This document shows positions 37,029 to 45,810 of a DNA stretch of 64,000 bases, one piece after another (the first letter of the stretch is position 1; each line of letters begins with the position of its first letter). The notes beneath the pieces were generated by a model. The model ran no database searches. It was not told the DNA's origin and saw nothing but the letters and a program-made list of their open reading frames with translations. The position numbers were made by a program, and so were the translations under genes. Source of the stretch: Candidatus Marinacidobacterium sp. (GTDB lineage Bacteria; Acidobacteriota; Vicinamibacteria; Marinacidobacterales; Marinacidobacteraceae); contig CBDCRI010000001.1 in the NCBI GenBank assembly GCA_965220965.1, forward strand, positions 192,001 through 256,000, in the 5' to 3' direction.

Positions 37029-37985
37029 TCACGGGCCCGGCGCGGCCGCCCCCCGGCCCGGCGAGGCCTTGGGCGAGGGATCCCACATGTGCCTGGCGGC
37101 GCCCATCCACTCCGCAACCGCGCACGCCTCGAAGGCGGCCGCCATGCTGGGCAGCCCCCGCCCGATCGCCTGCCGGCCGCCGACGTCCCGCTCCAGCCAG
37201 GCGTGCCAGCCGCCGTCGGCCTGGCCCACGCGGTAGAGGCCGTGCGCCCACAGACCGTCGCCGGCCGCCGCCCAGTGCCAGGCCCGGAGGGCGGCCGCCG
37301 GGTCGCCACGGTAGGTCCAGCGCAGGCCGCTCTCCATTGCCTGCGCCCGCCAGGCCGCGCCGAGCCGTCCGGCGCGGACCAGGTTCTCGAAGTGGGACGA
37401 GCGCAGCGTCCGCCGCAGCCGCAGGCTGCCGGCCTTGCCCGGCCAGCCGCGCTCGCTGAAGTAGCCGGCCGGCCCCTTGAGGGCGGCCAGCCCGACCGCG
37501 GCGTGCCACTGCGCCCGCGCCAGCGCCTTGGCCGCCTGGGGCCGGAAGGCGTGCTCGGAACCGTAGTGGGCGTCCATGCGGGCGGCGACCTCGTCGAGGC
37601 CCAGCGCGGAGAGCGCGCGCGGCCGGCCGGCCGCGCCGTGCCCCATCAGGTCCATGGCCGCGTCCATCAGGCGGCACAGCATGGCGGCCGACTCCTCCAG
37701 CCGCCGGAAGTCGTAGAGCGGGCGCTCGCCGGGGCGCTCGATGACGTGGCGGGACGCGTCCACGGCGCCCGCCATGTGCGGGGTGCCGGCGGGGTCGTCG
37801 CGGCGGCGGGGCGCGGCCCCGGAGCGAATCCCGGCCAGCGCCAGCGTTCGCGGGTCGAGCCGCCACTCGCCGCCGGCCAGGCCCTGGGCGAACCGGTCCG
37901 CCAGCCCGCGGCTGCGGGCGCCGCAGGCGGCGGCCTCGGCCCCGGCGAGGGCCGCGGCGGCCCGTTCGGCCTCGCGGGGACTCAC
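37029..37985 (-). CDS. class II RNR-scaffold-derived protein, no catalytic core
   Basis: Colinear matches to NrdJ blocks (see findings); paralog of 38758-39753; ends APGP. Confidence 0.75.
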   Translation of the reverse strand: MSPREAERAAAALAGAEAAACGARSRGLADRFAQGLAGGEWRLDPRTLALAGIRSGAAPRRRDDPAGTPHMAGAVDASRHVIERPGERPLYDFRRLEESAAMLCRLMDAAMDLMGHGAAGRPRALSALGLDEVAARMDAHYGSEHAFRPQAAKALARAQWHAAVGLAALKGPAGYFSERGWPGKAGSLRLRRTLRSSHFENLVRAGRLGAAWRAQAMESGLRWTYRGDPAAALRAWHWAAAGDGLWAHGLYRVGQADGGWHAWLERDVGGRQAIGRGLPSMAAAFEACAVAEWMGAARHMWDPSPKASPGRGAAAPGP

Positions 37986-38053
37986 GGACGGCCTCCCGCC
38001 GCCGCCCTGCCGTTGCGTCCCATTTCGGCGCCGCTGGCCGCTGCGTGCGAAGG

Positions 38054-38623
38054 CTAGGGGCCTGGCGGGGCGGACGGGGCGGCGCGCCCGCTCGCCGCCG
38101 CGCCGGCATCGGCCCCGGGGCCAGGCCGCAACTGGCGCTCCGCGCGGCAGCCCCCTTGCTTGAAATGGGCATCGTCCGGCTGGTGGATGTCCTCATCCGA
38201 GCTGGTGACGACGGCGGCCGCGCCCCCGGCGGTGTCGAGCACCACGACGACATCCCCCCAGGGCTGCTTGATGGCCTCGTGGAACGCGGCCAGGGCGTCG
38301 TCCTTGTCCCTGTGGGCGGACAGGAAGTCCCCGACCGTGGCCAGGTCGAAGTCCAGCGCGTAGAGGATGGTCTGGCTGATGACGCGGACCTGGTAGCGGT
38401 GGTAGCGGTCCGGAACGCCTTTCCAGAGCGTCCTGCCGTTGAAGCGGTCGAGAACGAGGATGGTGCAGTCGGGATGGGCGCGGACGCGGCGCTCGGCCTC
38501 CTCCAGGGCGGCGCGCCTGTCGTTGGTGAGGGACGGGGGGTCGAACAGGTCGATCCCGCCCTCGTCGACGGTGCGGATGGCGTATCGGGGCGCCAGTTTC
38601 TGGCGCGGGGCGTTGGCGTTCAT
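38054..38623 (-). CDS. hypothetical protein
   Basis: GAGGAG RBS, ATG 38623; ends APSAPPGP. Confidence 0.7.
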   Translation of the reverse strand: MNANAPRQKLAPRYAIRTVDEGGIDLFDPPSLTNDRRAALEEAERRVRAHPDCTILVLDRFNGRTLWKGVPDRYHRYQVRVISQTILYALDFDLATVGDFLSAHRDKDDALAAFHEAIKQPWGDVVVVLDTAGGAAAVVTSSDEDIHQPDDAHFKQGGCRAERQLRPGPGADAGAAASGRAAPSAPPGP

Positions 38624-38757
38624 GCTTTCTCCTCGGTTGAACTGGGCTTGCGCGGCGCTTCGCCGCACTCCCCCTCCCTGCCGCGCAGCGTCGCGGCCGC
38701 CCTGGCGGCGGCGCGGGCCAGCGGCCCGCGCCCCGATGGCCCCGCCGGCACCGGCCG

Positions 38758-39753
38758 CTAGGGGCTTGGGGAGGCGGACCGAACCGGGCGCCCGGCCGCC
38801 GCAGGCGAGGCGGGCGCGGGGGCGCGGTCGACGCTGAAGTGGTGCTCCAGCCGGCAGCCCCAAGCGTGCTCCGCGCACGCCGCGTAGGCCTCGCCGCGGC
38901 TGTCGTTGGCAAGGCCGACCGACCAGCGGTAGTCGGAGAGGTCGGACTTGCGCGAGGCGTGCCACCGCCCGTCCTCCAGCCAGACGCGGTAGGCGCCGTG
39001 CGCCCAGGCCGCCTCGCCGACCCGGGACCACTCCCAGTACCAGGGGGCGGGCGCCGGGTCGCCGAAGTGCGTCCAGCGCAGCCCGTGGGCGGCGGCGCGC
39101 CGCCGCCAGCGCTCGTCGAGCTCTCCGAACTTGATGGCGGTGGCGATGCGCTTCGAGTGCAGGGTGCGCATGAGGGCGTTGCGGTCGCGCGCGAAGTAGG
39201 GGGCGGGTCCCTTGGCGCGGGCCAGCGCCACCGACGCGTTCCATTGCCCGCGCGCCAAGGCCCGCAGGATTCCGAAGTCGAGCCGGTTCGTCCGTTCCAG
39301 CGGCAGGCCCGACTCGAGGGGGAGGCTGTCGATCTGGCGCAGCTCGCGGCGGCAGCCCGCAGCGGCCGCGCCCACCATGGCCATGGCCGCGTCCATCAGC
39401 CGGCTCAGCATGGCGGCGGACTCCTCCAGGCCGCGGAAGTCGTAGCGCTCGCTCGCCGCGAAGCCGGGGACGGCGTGGCGGCCGAGGTCCACCCGGCCCA
39501 CCATCGGGTCGGCCCCCTCCGGCTCGCGTCCGGTGCGCGCCGGCACGAGGCCCTGCCCGAGCCCGACCGCGGCCCGGGTCGCCACGTCAAGCCCCCATTC
39601 GCCGCTCAGCAGGCCTTCTGCGAAGCGGCCGGCAAGCCGCCTGCGCCCAAAGGGGCCGTTCAGGCCGTCGGCCTCGGCGAGCGCCAGCGCTGCGCTCCGC
39701 ACGACGCGCTCCTCCGGCATTTCGGCCCTCATTGTCTCCGCGTTCGCTCCCAT
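38758..39753 (-). CDS. class II RNR-scaffold-derived protein, no catalytic core
   Basis: YDFRGLEESAAMLSRLMDAAM, SVALARAKGPAPYF, WRRRAAAHGLRWTH; AAGGAG RBS; ends SASPSP. Confidence 0.75.
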   Translation of the reverse strand: MGANAETMRAEMPEERVVRSAALALAEADGLNGPFGRRRLAGRFAEGLLSGEWGLDVATRAAVGLGQGLVPARTGREPEGADPMVGRVDLGRHAVPGFAASERYDFRGLEESAAMLSRLMDAAMAMVGAAAAGCRRELRQIDSLPLESGLPLERTNRLDFGILRALARGQWNASVALARAKGPAPYFARDRNALMRTLHSKRIATAIKFGELDERWRRRAAAHGLRWTHFGDPAPAPWYWEWSRVGEAAWAHGAYRVWLEDGRWHASRKSDLSDYRWSVGLANDSRGEAYAACAEHAWGCRLEHHFSVDRAPAPASPAAAGRPVRSASPSP

Positions 39754-39883
39754 GCCTGCTCCTTGACCGCTTCGGGGGTGTGCACGCCATTAAAGCGGCC
39801 CGCGCCCGAATGGCCCCCGGGCGCGCGGCCCAAGGCCGCCGCGAATCCTAGAATGGGCTTGGCAAACCGACGGCGGGGAGGCC

Positions 39884-40318
39884 GTGATGCCCGACTTCGT
39901 GGAGCCCAACAGCCGGCAGGTGGGCGGCCGTCACTACAAGACGGTCGACTACGAGCCTTGGGACTTCGTCGCCGACTGCGGCCTGGACTACTTCGCCGGC
40001 ACCGCCGTGAAGTACCTGGTCCGGCGCAAGGGCGACCGCGCCGAGGACCTGGAGAAGGCCGTGCACTTCCTGGAGAAGCGCGCCGCGGTGGCCGCCGCGC
40101 GGCCCGGGCGCTGGGGCCGGCCTCCCGAGCGGGACGGCGAGCCCGCCAGCGGGCGCCTCGGCCGCCTGTGCCGCGCCCACGGCGCCAGCGGGGCGGTGCG
40201 CAAGGCGCTGGAGCGCCTGCTCGCGGGCCAGTGGCTCGCCGCCGCCGCCGCCGCACGGGAGGAGATCGCGGCGCTCCCCGGCTCCCAGGCTGCGCCCGGC
40301 CGCGGACCGCGGCCCTAG
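39884..40318 (+). CDS. DUF3310-family protein
   Basis: QVGGRHYK, EPWDFV, GTAVKYLVR..KG..EDLEKA. Confidence 0.85.
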   Translation: MMPDFVEPNSRQVGGRHYKTVDYEPWDFVADCGLDYFAGTAVKYLVRRKGDRAEDLEKAVHFLEKRAAVAAARPGRWGRPPERDGEPASGRLGRLCRAHGASGAVRKALERLLAGQWLAAAAAAREEIAALPGSQAAPGRGPRP

Positions 40319-40345
40319 GACGAACCAAGACGAGGAGACGCTTCC

Positions 40346-40996
40346 ATGGCCCTATCCCTTGCACTGCACACGCCGCATCCCCTGCGCGACGAGGCCGCCT
40401 TGGAGCTGCTGCTCGGCGGCACGGTCAGCTGGAAGGCCGCGGCGGCGGCCACGAAGGCCGTCCCGCCGGCGGTGGTGTTCCCCGACTTCTCCGACCTGGC
40501 CTACACGGGCGAACGGCTCCAGGGGGCCAAGCTCGCCGTGGCCGTGGCCCGGCGCGTGGCCAAGCGGCCCCCGCCAGGGGAGCGGCCGTGGAGCCAGGTG
40601 TCGGCGGAGATGCCGTTCGTGGACATCCGGGTGTACATGATCCCGCTGCGCGGGACGCCGGCCCCAAGCGTGGGGGTGGACATCGACGACTCCTCGGGCC
40701 TGATGGAGCACGTCAGCGCGTACCTCGCGGAGGTCTGCGCCGGCCTGCTCCTGGAGACGGGCAGCCGGGAGGCGGTGGCCTTCGACTGGCAGTCCGAGGA
40801 CGACCAAGGCCAAGCGTTCGCCAGCGCCGAGGGCGTCGTCCACTCCCAGCCCCCCGCCTGGCGCCGAGAGGCGCTGCGCCTCCACCAAGCGGGAGGCATC
40901 GAGGCCGTTCGCGCCTTCGCGAACGCCGCTGGCGCGCCCCCGCTCCGGCCCGTGGGCGCCGCGGGGCCGGAACGCTCGCTGGGGCCGTCCCCTTAG
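40346..40996 (+). CDS. hypothetical protein
   Basis: GAGGAG RBS; ends RSLGPSP. Confidence 0.7.
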   Translation: MALSLALHTPHPLRDEAALELLLGGTVSWKAAAAATKAVPPAVVFPDFSDLAYTGERLQGAKLAVAVARRVAKRPPPGERPWSQVSAEMPFVDIRVYMIPLRGTPAPSVGVDIDDSSGLMEHVSAYLAEVCAGLLLETGSREAVAFDWQSEDDQGQAFASAEGVVHSQPPAWRREALRLHQAGGIEAVRAFANAAGAPPLRPVGAAGPERSLGPSP

Positions 40997-41137
40997 CCCG
41001 TGGTCAGGCTCCCGCACAGGCCCGTTGAGGCTCCCTCCCCCAGCCCGACTTAAGGGCCGCCCCGCCGGCCGCGCCGCCTTCGGCGTGCCATAATGCGACC
41101 ATGTCCTCCCGCTTCGGCAAGGCGCCGCGGCCCGCCA

Positions 41138-42499
41138 GTGGCGGCCGCTGAGCGCGAGCTCACGCAACCGGCGGACCGCCTGTTCAGGCGCGCCGAGCCC
41201 GTGCTCAGCAGGCACTTCGGCCCCAGCGCCTGCGCCGTCGGCGGAGGCGCGGCGCTCGCTGCCCTCTGGGGCCACCGGCGCTGCGCGCGCATCGACCTCT
41301 TCATCGACGGTTCGGCGTACCGGGCCGTGGCCATGGACGTCCGGCGGCGGGCCGCGCTCGAGGACGGCCTGCTGCGGGCCCTTCGCCCGGTGCGCCTGGA
41401 CGTGGCGTGCGGACGCCTCAAGGCGCTGCTCGCCGGCGGCGAGGTCACCGTTTCCACGTCCCCGGCGCCGATCGCGGCGGACCGCCCCTTCCCGCACCGG
41501 GTGGCGGGAACATGGACCGCCCTCGAGCCGCCATCCCTTGCCCTGGCCCGCAAGATCCACGGGCGAATGCTCGACAGGGGCCTGTTCCTGGCCCGCGACC
41601 TGCACGACGCCGCGGCGGCCGCCTGCCTTGACCGGGCAGCGCTGGCCGCCGCCCTGGATGCCTTGACGGCAGGGGAGCGGGCGGCGCTTGGCGACGAGCT
41701 CGACCGGCTTGCGGATGCCCAAGGGGGCGCCGCACGGCTCTTGCCCCCCTTCAGGGCGGCGCTGGCCGGGGACTGGCCGGCCGCGGCCGCCCTGGGCGCC
41801 CCCGCCGCAGGCCGCTGGCCCTCGCCCGCGGACGTCCCCGACCTCCGCGCGGTCCGCGCCGCCTACGCCGCCGGCCCGCCCGGCGAGGCGTTCGCCGGCG
41901 TGCCGACCCGGGAGGAGCGCGTTGCGGAGAGCGAGCGCGCGCTGCTTGGCCTGTGCGTCGCGGGCGGGCGGGATCCCGCCGCCGCGCGCCTGGGGCCGCA
42001 CGGCGCCCTGCTCGGCGGCCCCGGCCAGGCAGGGCGGTGCCGCTCGCCGGCGTCCCGGCTGGCCGAGGACTACGCCCCGGTCCGCCTGGCGCCCCCCGCC
42101 TGGTTCTCGCACGACCGGCCGGCGGAGGGCGCCCAAGACGCTGGGCGGGGCATCCTCGCGATGCTGGTCGCCGCCCACATGGCCGGCGTGCCACGGGCGG
42201 ACCGGCCGACGCCCGACGCCTTGCGGCGGGCGTTCGACGCCGACCCGCCGAGTCCCCTCGAGCGGTTCTGGCTGCATGAGGTGCTGGCCTGCGGGACCGT
42301 GAGGGAGCTGCGCGCCCTCATCCAGGAGACGGGCATGCCGCTGGGCACGTTCGTCCGGGGGCTGCACGCCGCCGGCGTGCGGCGCCACGACGTGGCGGAC
42401 TGGATCAACCAGTTCGCGGTCGAGCCGGCGGTGGGAGAGCCCCGCCTAGCCCTCTGGAGGGCGCCGAAGGGCAAGGGGCGGGCCCCCGCCCCCGGCTAG
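41138..42499 (+). CDS. AbiEii-like nucleotidyltransferase fused to an unknown C-terminal domain
   Basis: VGGGAALAALWGHRRCARIDLF, K..GR..RDLHD; start inferred. Confidence 0.65.
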   Translation: MAAAERELTQPADRLFRRAEPVLSRHFGPSACAVGGGAALAALWGHRRCARIDLFIDGSAYRAVAMDVRRRAALEDGLLRALRPVRLDVACGRLKALLAGGEVTVSTSPAPIAADRPFPHRVAGTWTALEPPSLALARKIHGRMLDRGLFLARDLHDAAAAACLDRAALAAALDALTAGERAALGDELDRLADAQGGAARLLPPFRAALAGDWPAAAALGAPAAGRWPSPADVPDLRAVRAAYAAGPPGEAFAGVPTREERVAESERALLGLCVAGGRDPAAARLGPHGALLGGPGQAGRCRSPASRLAEDYAPVRLAPPAWFSHDRPAEGAQDAGRGILAMLVAAHMAGVPRADRPTPDALRRAFDADPPSPLERFWLHEVLACGTVRELRALIQETGMPLGTFVRGLHAAGVRRHDVADWINQFAVEPAVGEPRLALWRAPKGKGRAPAPG

Positions 42500-44011
42500 C
42501 GCGGACGCAGGCCCCTTGGGAGCTGGAAGGGGCGCCGGCGCTTCCGGGCCGGCTCCGGCCGATTGCGCGCGGCCGTGCGCTTGGCGTCCGCCAGCGCGCC
42601 GCGCGCCTCGCGCAGCTCCTCCAGCGCCTCGCCCGACTCCCAGGCCATGGCCGCCTCCGGGCCGCCCGCGTCGTAGTCGCTGCGCACCGCGTCGAACCAG
42701 GCGTCGGGGTTGTCCATGACGACGCAGCCGCGGGCCACGAACACCAGCCCGCCGTGGCCGTTGCCGCCCCACGTGAACCCGATCCGCGCGTCCGAGCCCA
42801 CGTCCTCGAGCCATGCGGCGAGCAGGTGCGCGCAGAGCTCGACGGCCTGGGAGGACTCGGCGCAGTCGCAGGACACGGTCAGCAGCACCGGCGTGACGAG
42901 CAGGCGGTAGGCGTGCGGCAGGTGCCCGTCCGCGTCGAGGAACGCCGCCCTTTCCGCACGGCCCTCCGGGCCGTCGTCGAACAGGTCCATGGCGTCGGCG
43001 ACCCCCGCCCGGATTTCCCGCAACGCGGCGCGCTCCTCGTTGGACCACTCGGCCTCCCCCCTGCCGGGCGGCGGCCGCCCGAACAGCAGCGCCAGCCTGC
43101 GGGCATGGGCGGGCGGGACCGACATCACGTGGCTGACCTGGAACTCTATGGACATGGGGCCCCCTCTTCAGATTCGTCGCAGCGTCCGGTTGGCTGCGCG
43201 GCGCCTCGATTGTAGCGTTCCGCTGGGGATTGAAGACCCCGGCGGCCATGCGCGGCTCGGCGGGGTAGCCGTAGGGGTTGCCGATGCAGCGGGTGGCCCC
43301 CACGCGGTAGTCGTAGGGCTCGTGCGTGTGCCCGGACACCCACAGCTGGGCGCCCACCTCGCGCACCAGGTCGGGGCGGTCGTTGATGAAGTACGGGTTC
43401 AGCAGGTCGCCGTAGAAGCGCGGGTGGATCGCCTCCTTCGTCGGCGGCCAGTGCGTCACCACCACGTCGACCTCTCCGGCCGCGGCGCGCAGCCGCTCGG
43501 TCTGCTCGCGGTGGGCGCTGACGTGCCGGTCCACGGTCCAGGGCGCGCCCCAGCTGAAGCCCGGGTGGAAGTCCGTGATCGCGCCGCCCACCATCTCGTG
43601 CAGGCGCCTGCCCTCGACCGTGCGCGGGGAGGCCCCCCAGAGGTCGGAGTACCATGGACCGCCCCAGAAGCGGACGCCGTCGATCACCGCCGCCTCTCCG
43701 AGCAGGAAGAACAGGCCCGGCCGGGCGTCCGCCATCGCCTTCCAGTCAGCGTCGATCTCCTGGCGCATCTGCCGGCTGTAGTACTCGTGGTTGCCGGGCA
43801 CGTAGACCACCGGCGAGACGCGCAGCTCCCGGTCGATGAACTCAATGGCCTGGTGCTCGATGCCGATGTCGCCGGCGAGCACCAGCAGGTCGCGGCCGAT
43901 GAGGGGCTGGAAGGCGTCCGGCGGGGGCAGCGGGGCGCAGGGCCTGCGGCCGCGCCGGGCGTGGGCCTCCAAGTGCAGGTCGGAGGCGACCTGGATGGTC
44001 AGCTCGCCCAC
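42446..44011 (-). CDS. calcineurin-like metallophosphoesterase; the domain ends near 43200 and the rest of the ORF is probably run-on
   Basis: SDLHLE, AGDI, PGNHEYY, VVTHWPP, SGHTH, NPYGYP. Confidence 0.85.
   Translation of the reverse strand: MGELTIQVASDLHLEAHARRGRRPCAPLPPPDAFQPLIGRDLLVLAGDIGIEHQAIEFIDRELRVSPVVYVPGNHEYYSRQMRQEIDADWKAMADARPGLFFLLGEAAVIDGVRFWGGPWYSDLWGASPRTVEGRRLHEMVGGAITDFHPGFSWGAPWTVDRHVSAHREQTERLRAAAGEVDVVVTHWPPTKEAIHPRFYGDLLNPYFINDRPDLVREVGAQLWVSGHTHEPYDYRVGATRCIGNPYGYPAEPRMAAGVFNPQRNATIEAPRSQPDAATNLKRGPHVHRVPGQPRDVGPARPCPQAGAAVRAAAARQGGGRVVQRGARRVAGNPGGGRRRHGPVRRRPGGPCGKGGVPRRGRAPAARLPPARHAGAADRVLRLRRVLPGRRALRAPARRMARGRGLGRADRVHVGRQRPRRAGVRGPRLRRHGQPRRLVRRGAQRLRRGRPGGGHGLGVGRGAGGAARGARRAGGRQAHGRAQSAGAGPEAPAPLPAPKGPASALAGGGGPPLALRRPPEG
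42496..43155 (-). CDS. hypothetical protein
   Basis: GAGGGG RBS, natural composition (IGFTWGGNGHGGLVFV). Confidence 0.7.
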   Translation of the reverse strand: MSIEFQVSHVMSVPPAHARRLALLFGRPPPGRGEAEWSNEERAALREIRAGVADAMDLFDDGPEGRAERAAFLDADGHLPHAYRLLVTPVLLTVSCDCAESSQAVELCAHLLAAWLEDVGSDARIGFTWGGNGHGGLVFVARGCVVMDNPDAWFDAVRSDYDAGGPEAAMAWESGEALEELREARGALADAKRTAARNRPEPARKRRRPFQLPRGLRPR

Positions 44012-44322
44012 GGACGCCCTCCCCGGTCCCGTGCGGGCCGTGCAGCGGCTCCTGGGCCTGGCTGGCCAAGCCGATGGTCCGCGGCGGGGTCAATCGCCGC
44101 GGGGGCGCTGTAGCGGTTCTCGGGCACCTGGGCCTCCGTTCAAGGACAGGACCGCATTCTAGCAACGCCCGGCCTCGGTCGCGCTGCGCTGGCTCATGCC
44201 GCGTTCCTGGGGCAGCGTCTTGCCGGAAGGGTCCAACGCCGCAGCCTGCCGCCGGCCGCGCCCCTTCGCCGCCAGCCCGGCGGGTGCGACAATGGCGGCC
44301 CCCATGCCCAGGGCTGCCCTCG

Positions 44323-45285
44323 ATGGCCAGGCCGGTTTCCCCAGTTGAGGTGACGGCGGCGGAGCGGGACGAGCTCCGCGCCCGCGCCCGCTCGCCTTCC
44401 ACCGCGCCCCGCGACGCGCTGCGGGCGCGGATCGTCCTGCTGCGCAGCCAAGGCCTGAGCCAGGTTGAGGTGGGCCGCGAGCTGGGCGTGTCCGCGGCCA
44501 CGGTCAACAAATGGTCGCAACGCTTCGAGCGGCTGGGGCTGGAGGGACTGGCGGACCGCCCCGGGCGCGGCGCCAAGCCGAGGATCCCGCCGTCGGCGGT
44601 CAAGAGGGCGCTCGCCCTGGCCCGAGAGGGGGGCGGCGGGCAGCGACGGCCAAGCGTGCGCGCCGCGGCCGCCGCGGCGGGCATCTCCGCGTCGAGCGTG
44701 GCCCGCATCTGGCGCGAGCACGGCGTCCCCGCCCGCCGCGCCAACGCCCCGGTCGCCTGGGACTTCGCCGGCCTGTACCTCGACCCCCCCGTCCGCGCCC
44801 TCGCGCTTTGCCGGGCGCCACCGCCAAGCGGCGCGACCCCACCGGAAGCCCTGCCCGACCCCGTGGGCCTGCTGGGAGCGATTGCCCTTCTCGACGCGCA
44901 GCTGGCGGCCACCGCCGGGGACGCGCAGGCCCATGTGGGCTGGCTGCGCTTCCTGCGGCAGGTGGACCGCGAGACCGGCCAGCTGGCGGTCCACGTGCTG
45001 GCTGACGACGGCGCCGCCCAGGCGCACGCCGAGGTCAGCTCCTGGCTCGCCCGACGGCCGCGCTTCGCGCTGCAGCTGCAGGCGCCGACCGCCCCGGGGT
45101 CGTGGCTGCTCACGGTGGAGCGCTTCCTCGCCGGCATCGCCGGGGAGTCAGCCGCAACGAGCCTTGCGTCCCTAAGCGCCCTGCAGGGCGACCTTCGCGA
45201 ACGGCTCGCGCAGCGCGCCGCACAGCGGCGCCCGTACCGCTGGACCGCAGGAGGCGGCCGCGGCCAAAGGCCGAGGATTATTTAA
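44323..45285 (+). mobile_element. IS630-family transposase derivative with HTH intact and DDE degenerate
   Basis: LRARIVLL, LGVSAATVNKW..RF..GLEGLADRPGRG, GLYLDPP, HVLADD, PT..SWL..VERF. The usual CVDEK is replaced by LCRAP. Confidence 0.8.
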
Positions 45286-45327
45286 ACCCTTTCACGGCAC
45301 GGGCGGCCGAGGTTATTTAAACCCTTT
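45269..45327 (+). repeat. pair of about 23-bp AT-rich direct repeats
   Basis: GGCCGAGG(A)TTATTTAAACCCTTT at 45269 and 45305. Confidence 0.8.
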
Positions 45328-45523
45328 TGTTGCACAACCAGCCCTCCCGCCCCATCGCTTGAAAAGCTCTTATTCCCCCTTCCCGTTCCGGCAACCGCCC
45401 AGCGGCCGCGGGGCAGCGGCGCGATAAGTTATTGGACATATAGGACAGGAATATAAGGGCTCTGGGATTGGACCCTGAAACCGGCGGAAAATCAGCTACT
45501 TGCGGATATTTTCGGGAAAGGAG

Positions 45524-45764
45524 CGTTGCAGTTGGACTGCTCGGGGTTGCAGTTGGACGAGCCCGAGCGTTGCGCTTTGACTGGAGGCGTTGCAGTTGGA
45601 CTGACACCGTTGCACTTGGACTGTCCGCGTTGCAGTTCGACTGGTTCCGTTGCAGTTGGACTAATTCCGTTGCAGTTCGACTGACACCGTTGCAGTTGGA
45701 CTGATCCCGTTGCAGTTGGACTGGATTCGTTGCAGTTGGACTGACCGCGTCGCAGTTCGAGCGG
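45524..45764 (+). repeat. iteron array of the probable replication origin
   Basis: 12 copies of consensus CGTTGCAGTTGGACTG plus 4 variable nt; ten copies at exact 20-bp period (45569-45749); lies between an AT-rich region and the repA stop. Confidence 0.88.
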
Positions 45765-45810
45765 TTCCCAGGCGGATCGACGCGCCCGCTCAGCGGGGCG
45801 TTGGTCAGGG

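Noticed and set aside
42446-43170. C-terminal about 240 aa of the metallophosphoesterase ORF as a real domain
   Set aside because: Low-complexity run-on over a better gene (42496-43155) in another frame; a lost stop or frameshift near 43170-43200 is more likely.
26900-44100. Integron cassette array
   Set aside because: Genes are in mixed orientations with their own promoters; I found no attC-like sites or integrase.
45420-45465. dif/Xer site in the AT-rich tract
   Set aside because: No convincing match to the XerC/XerD 11-6-11 consensus; better explained as the origin unwinding region.
45524-45764. Repeat array as a CRISPR or mini-CRISPR
   Set aside because: Variable parts are only 4 nt, there are no cas genes, and adjacency to repA and an AT-rich tract fits iterons.
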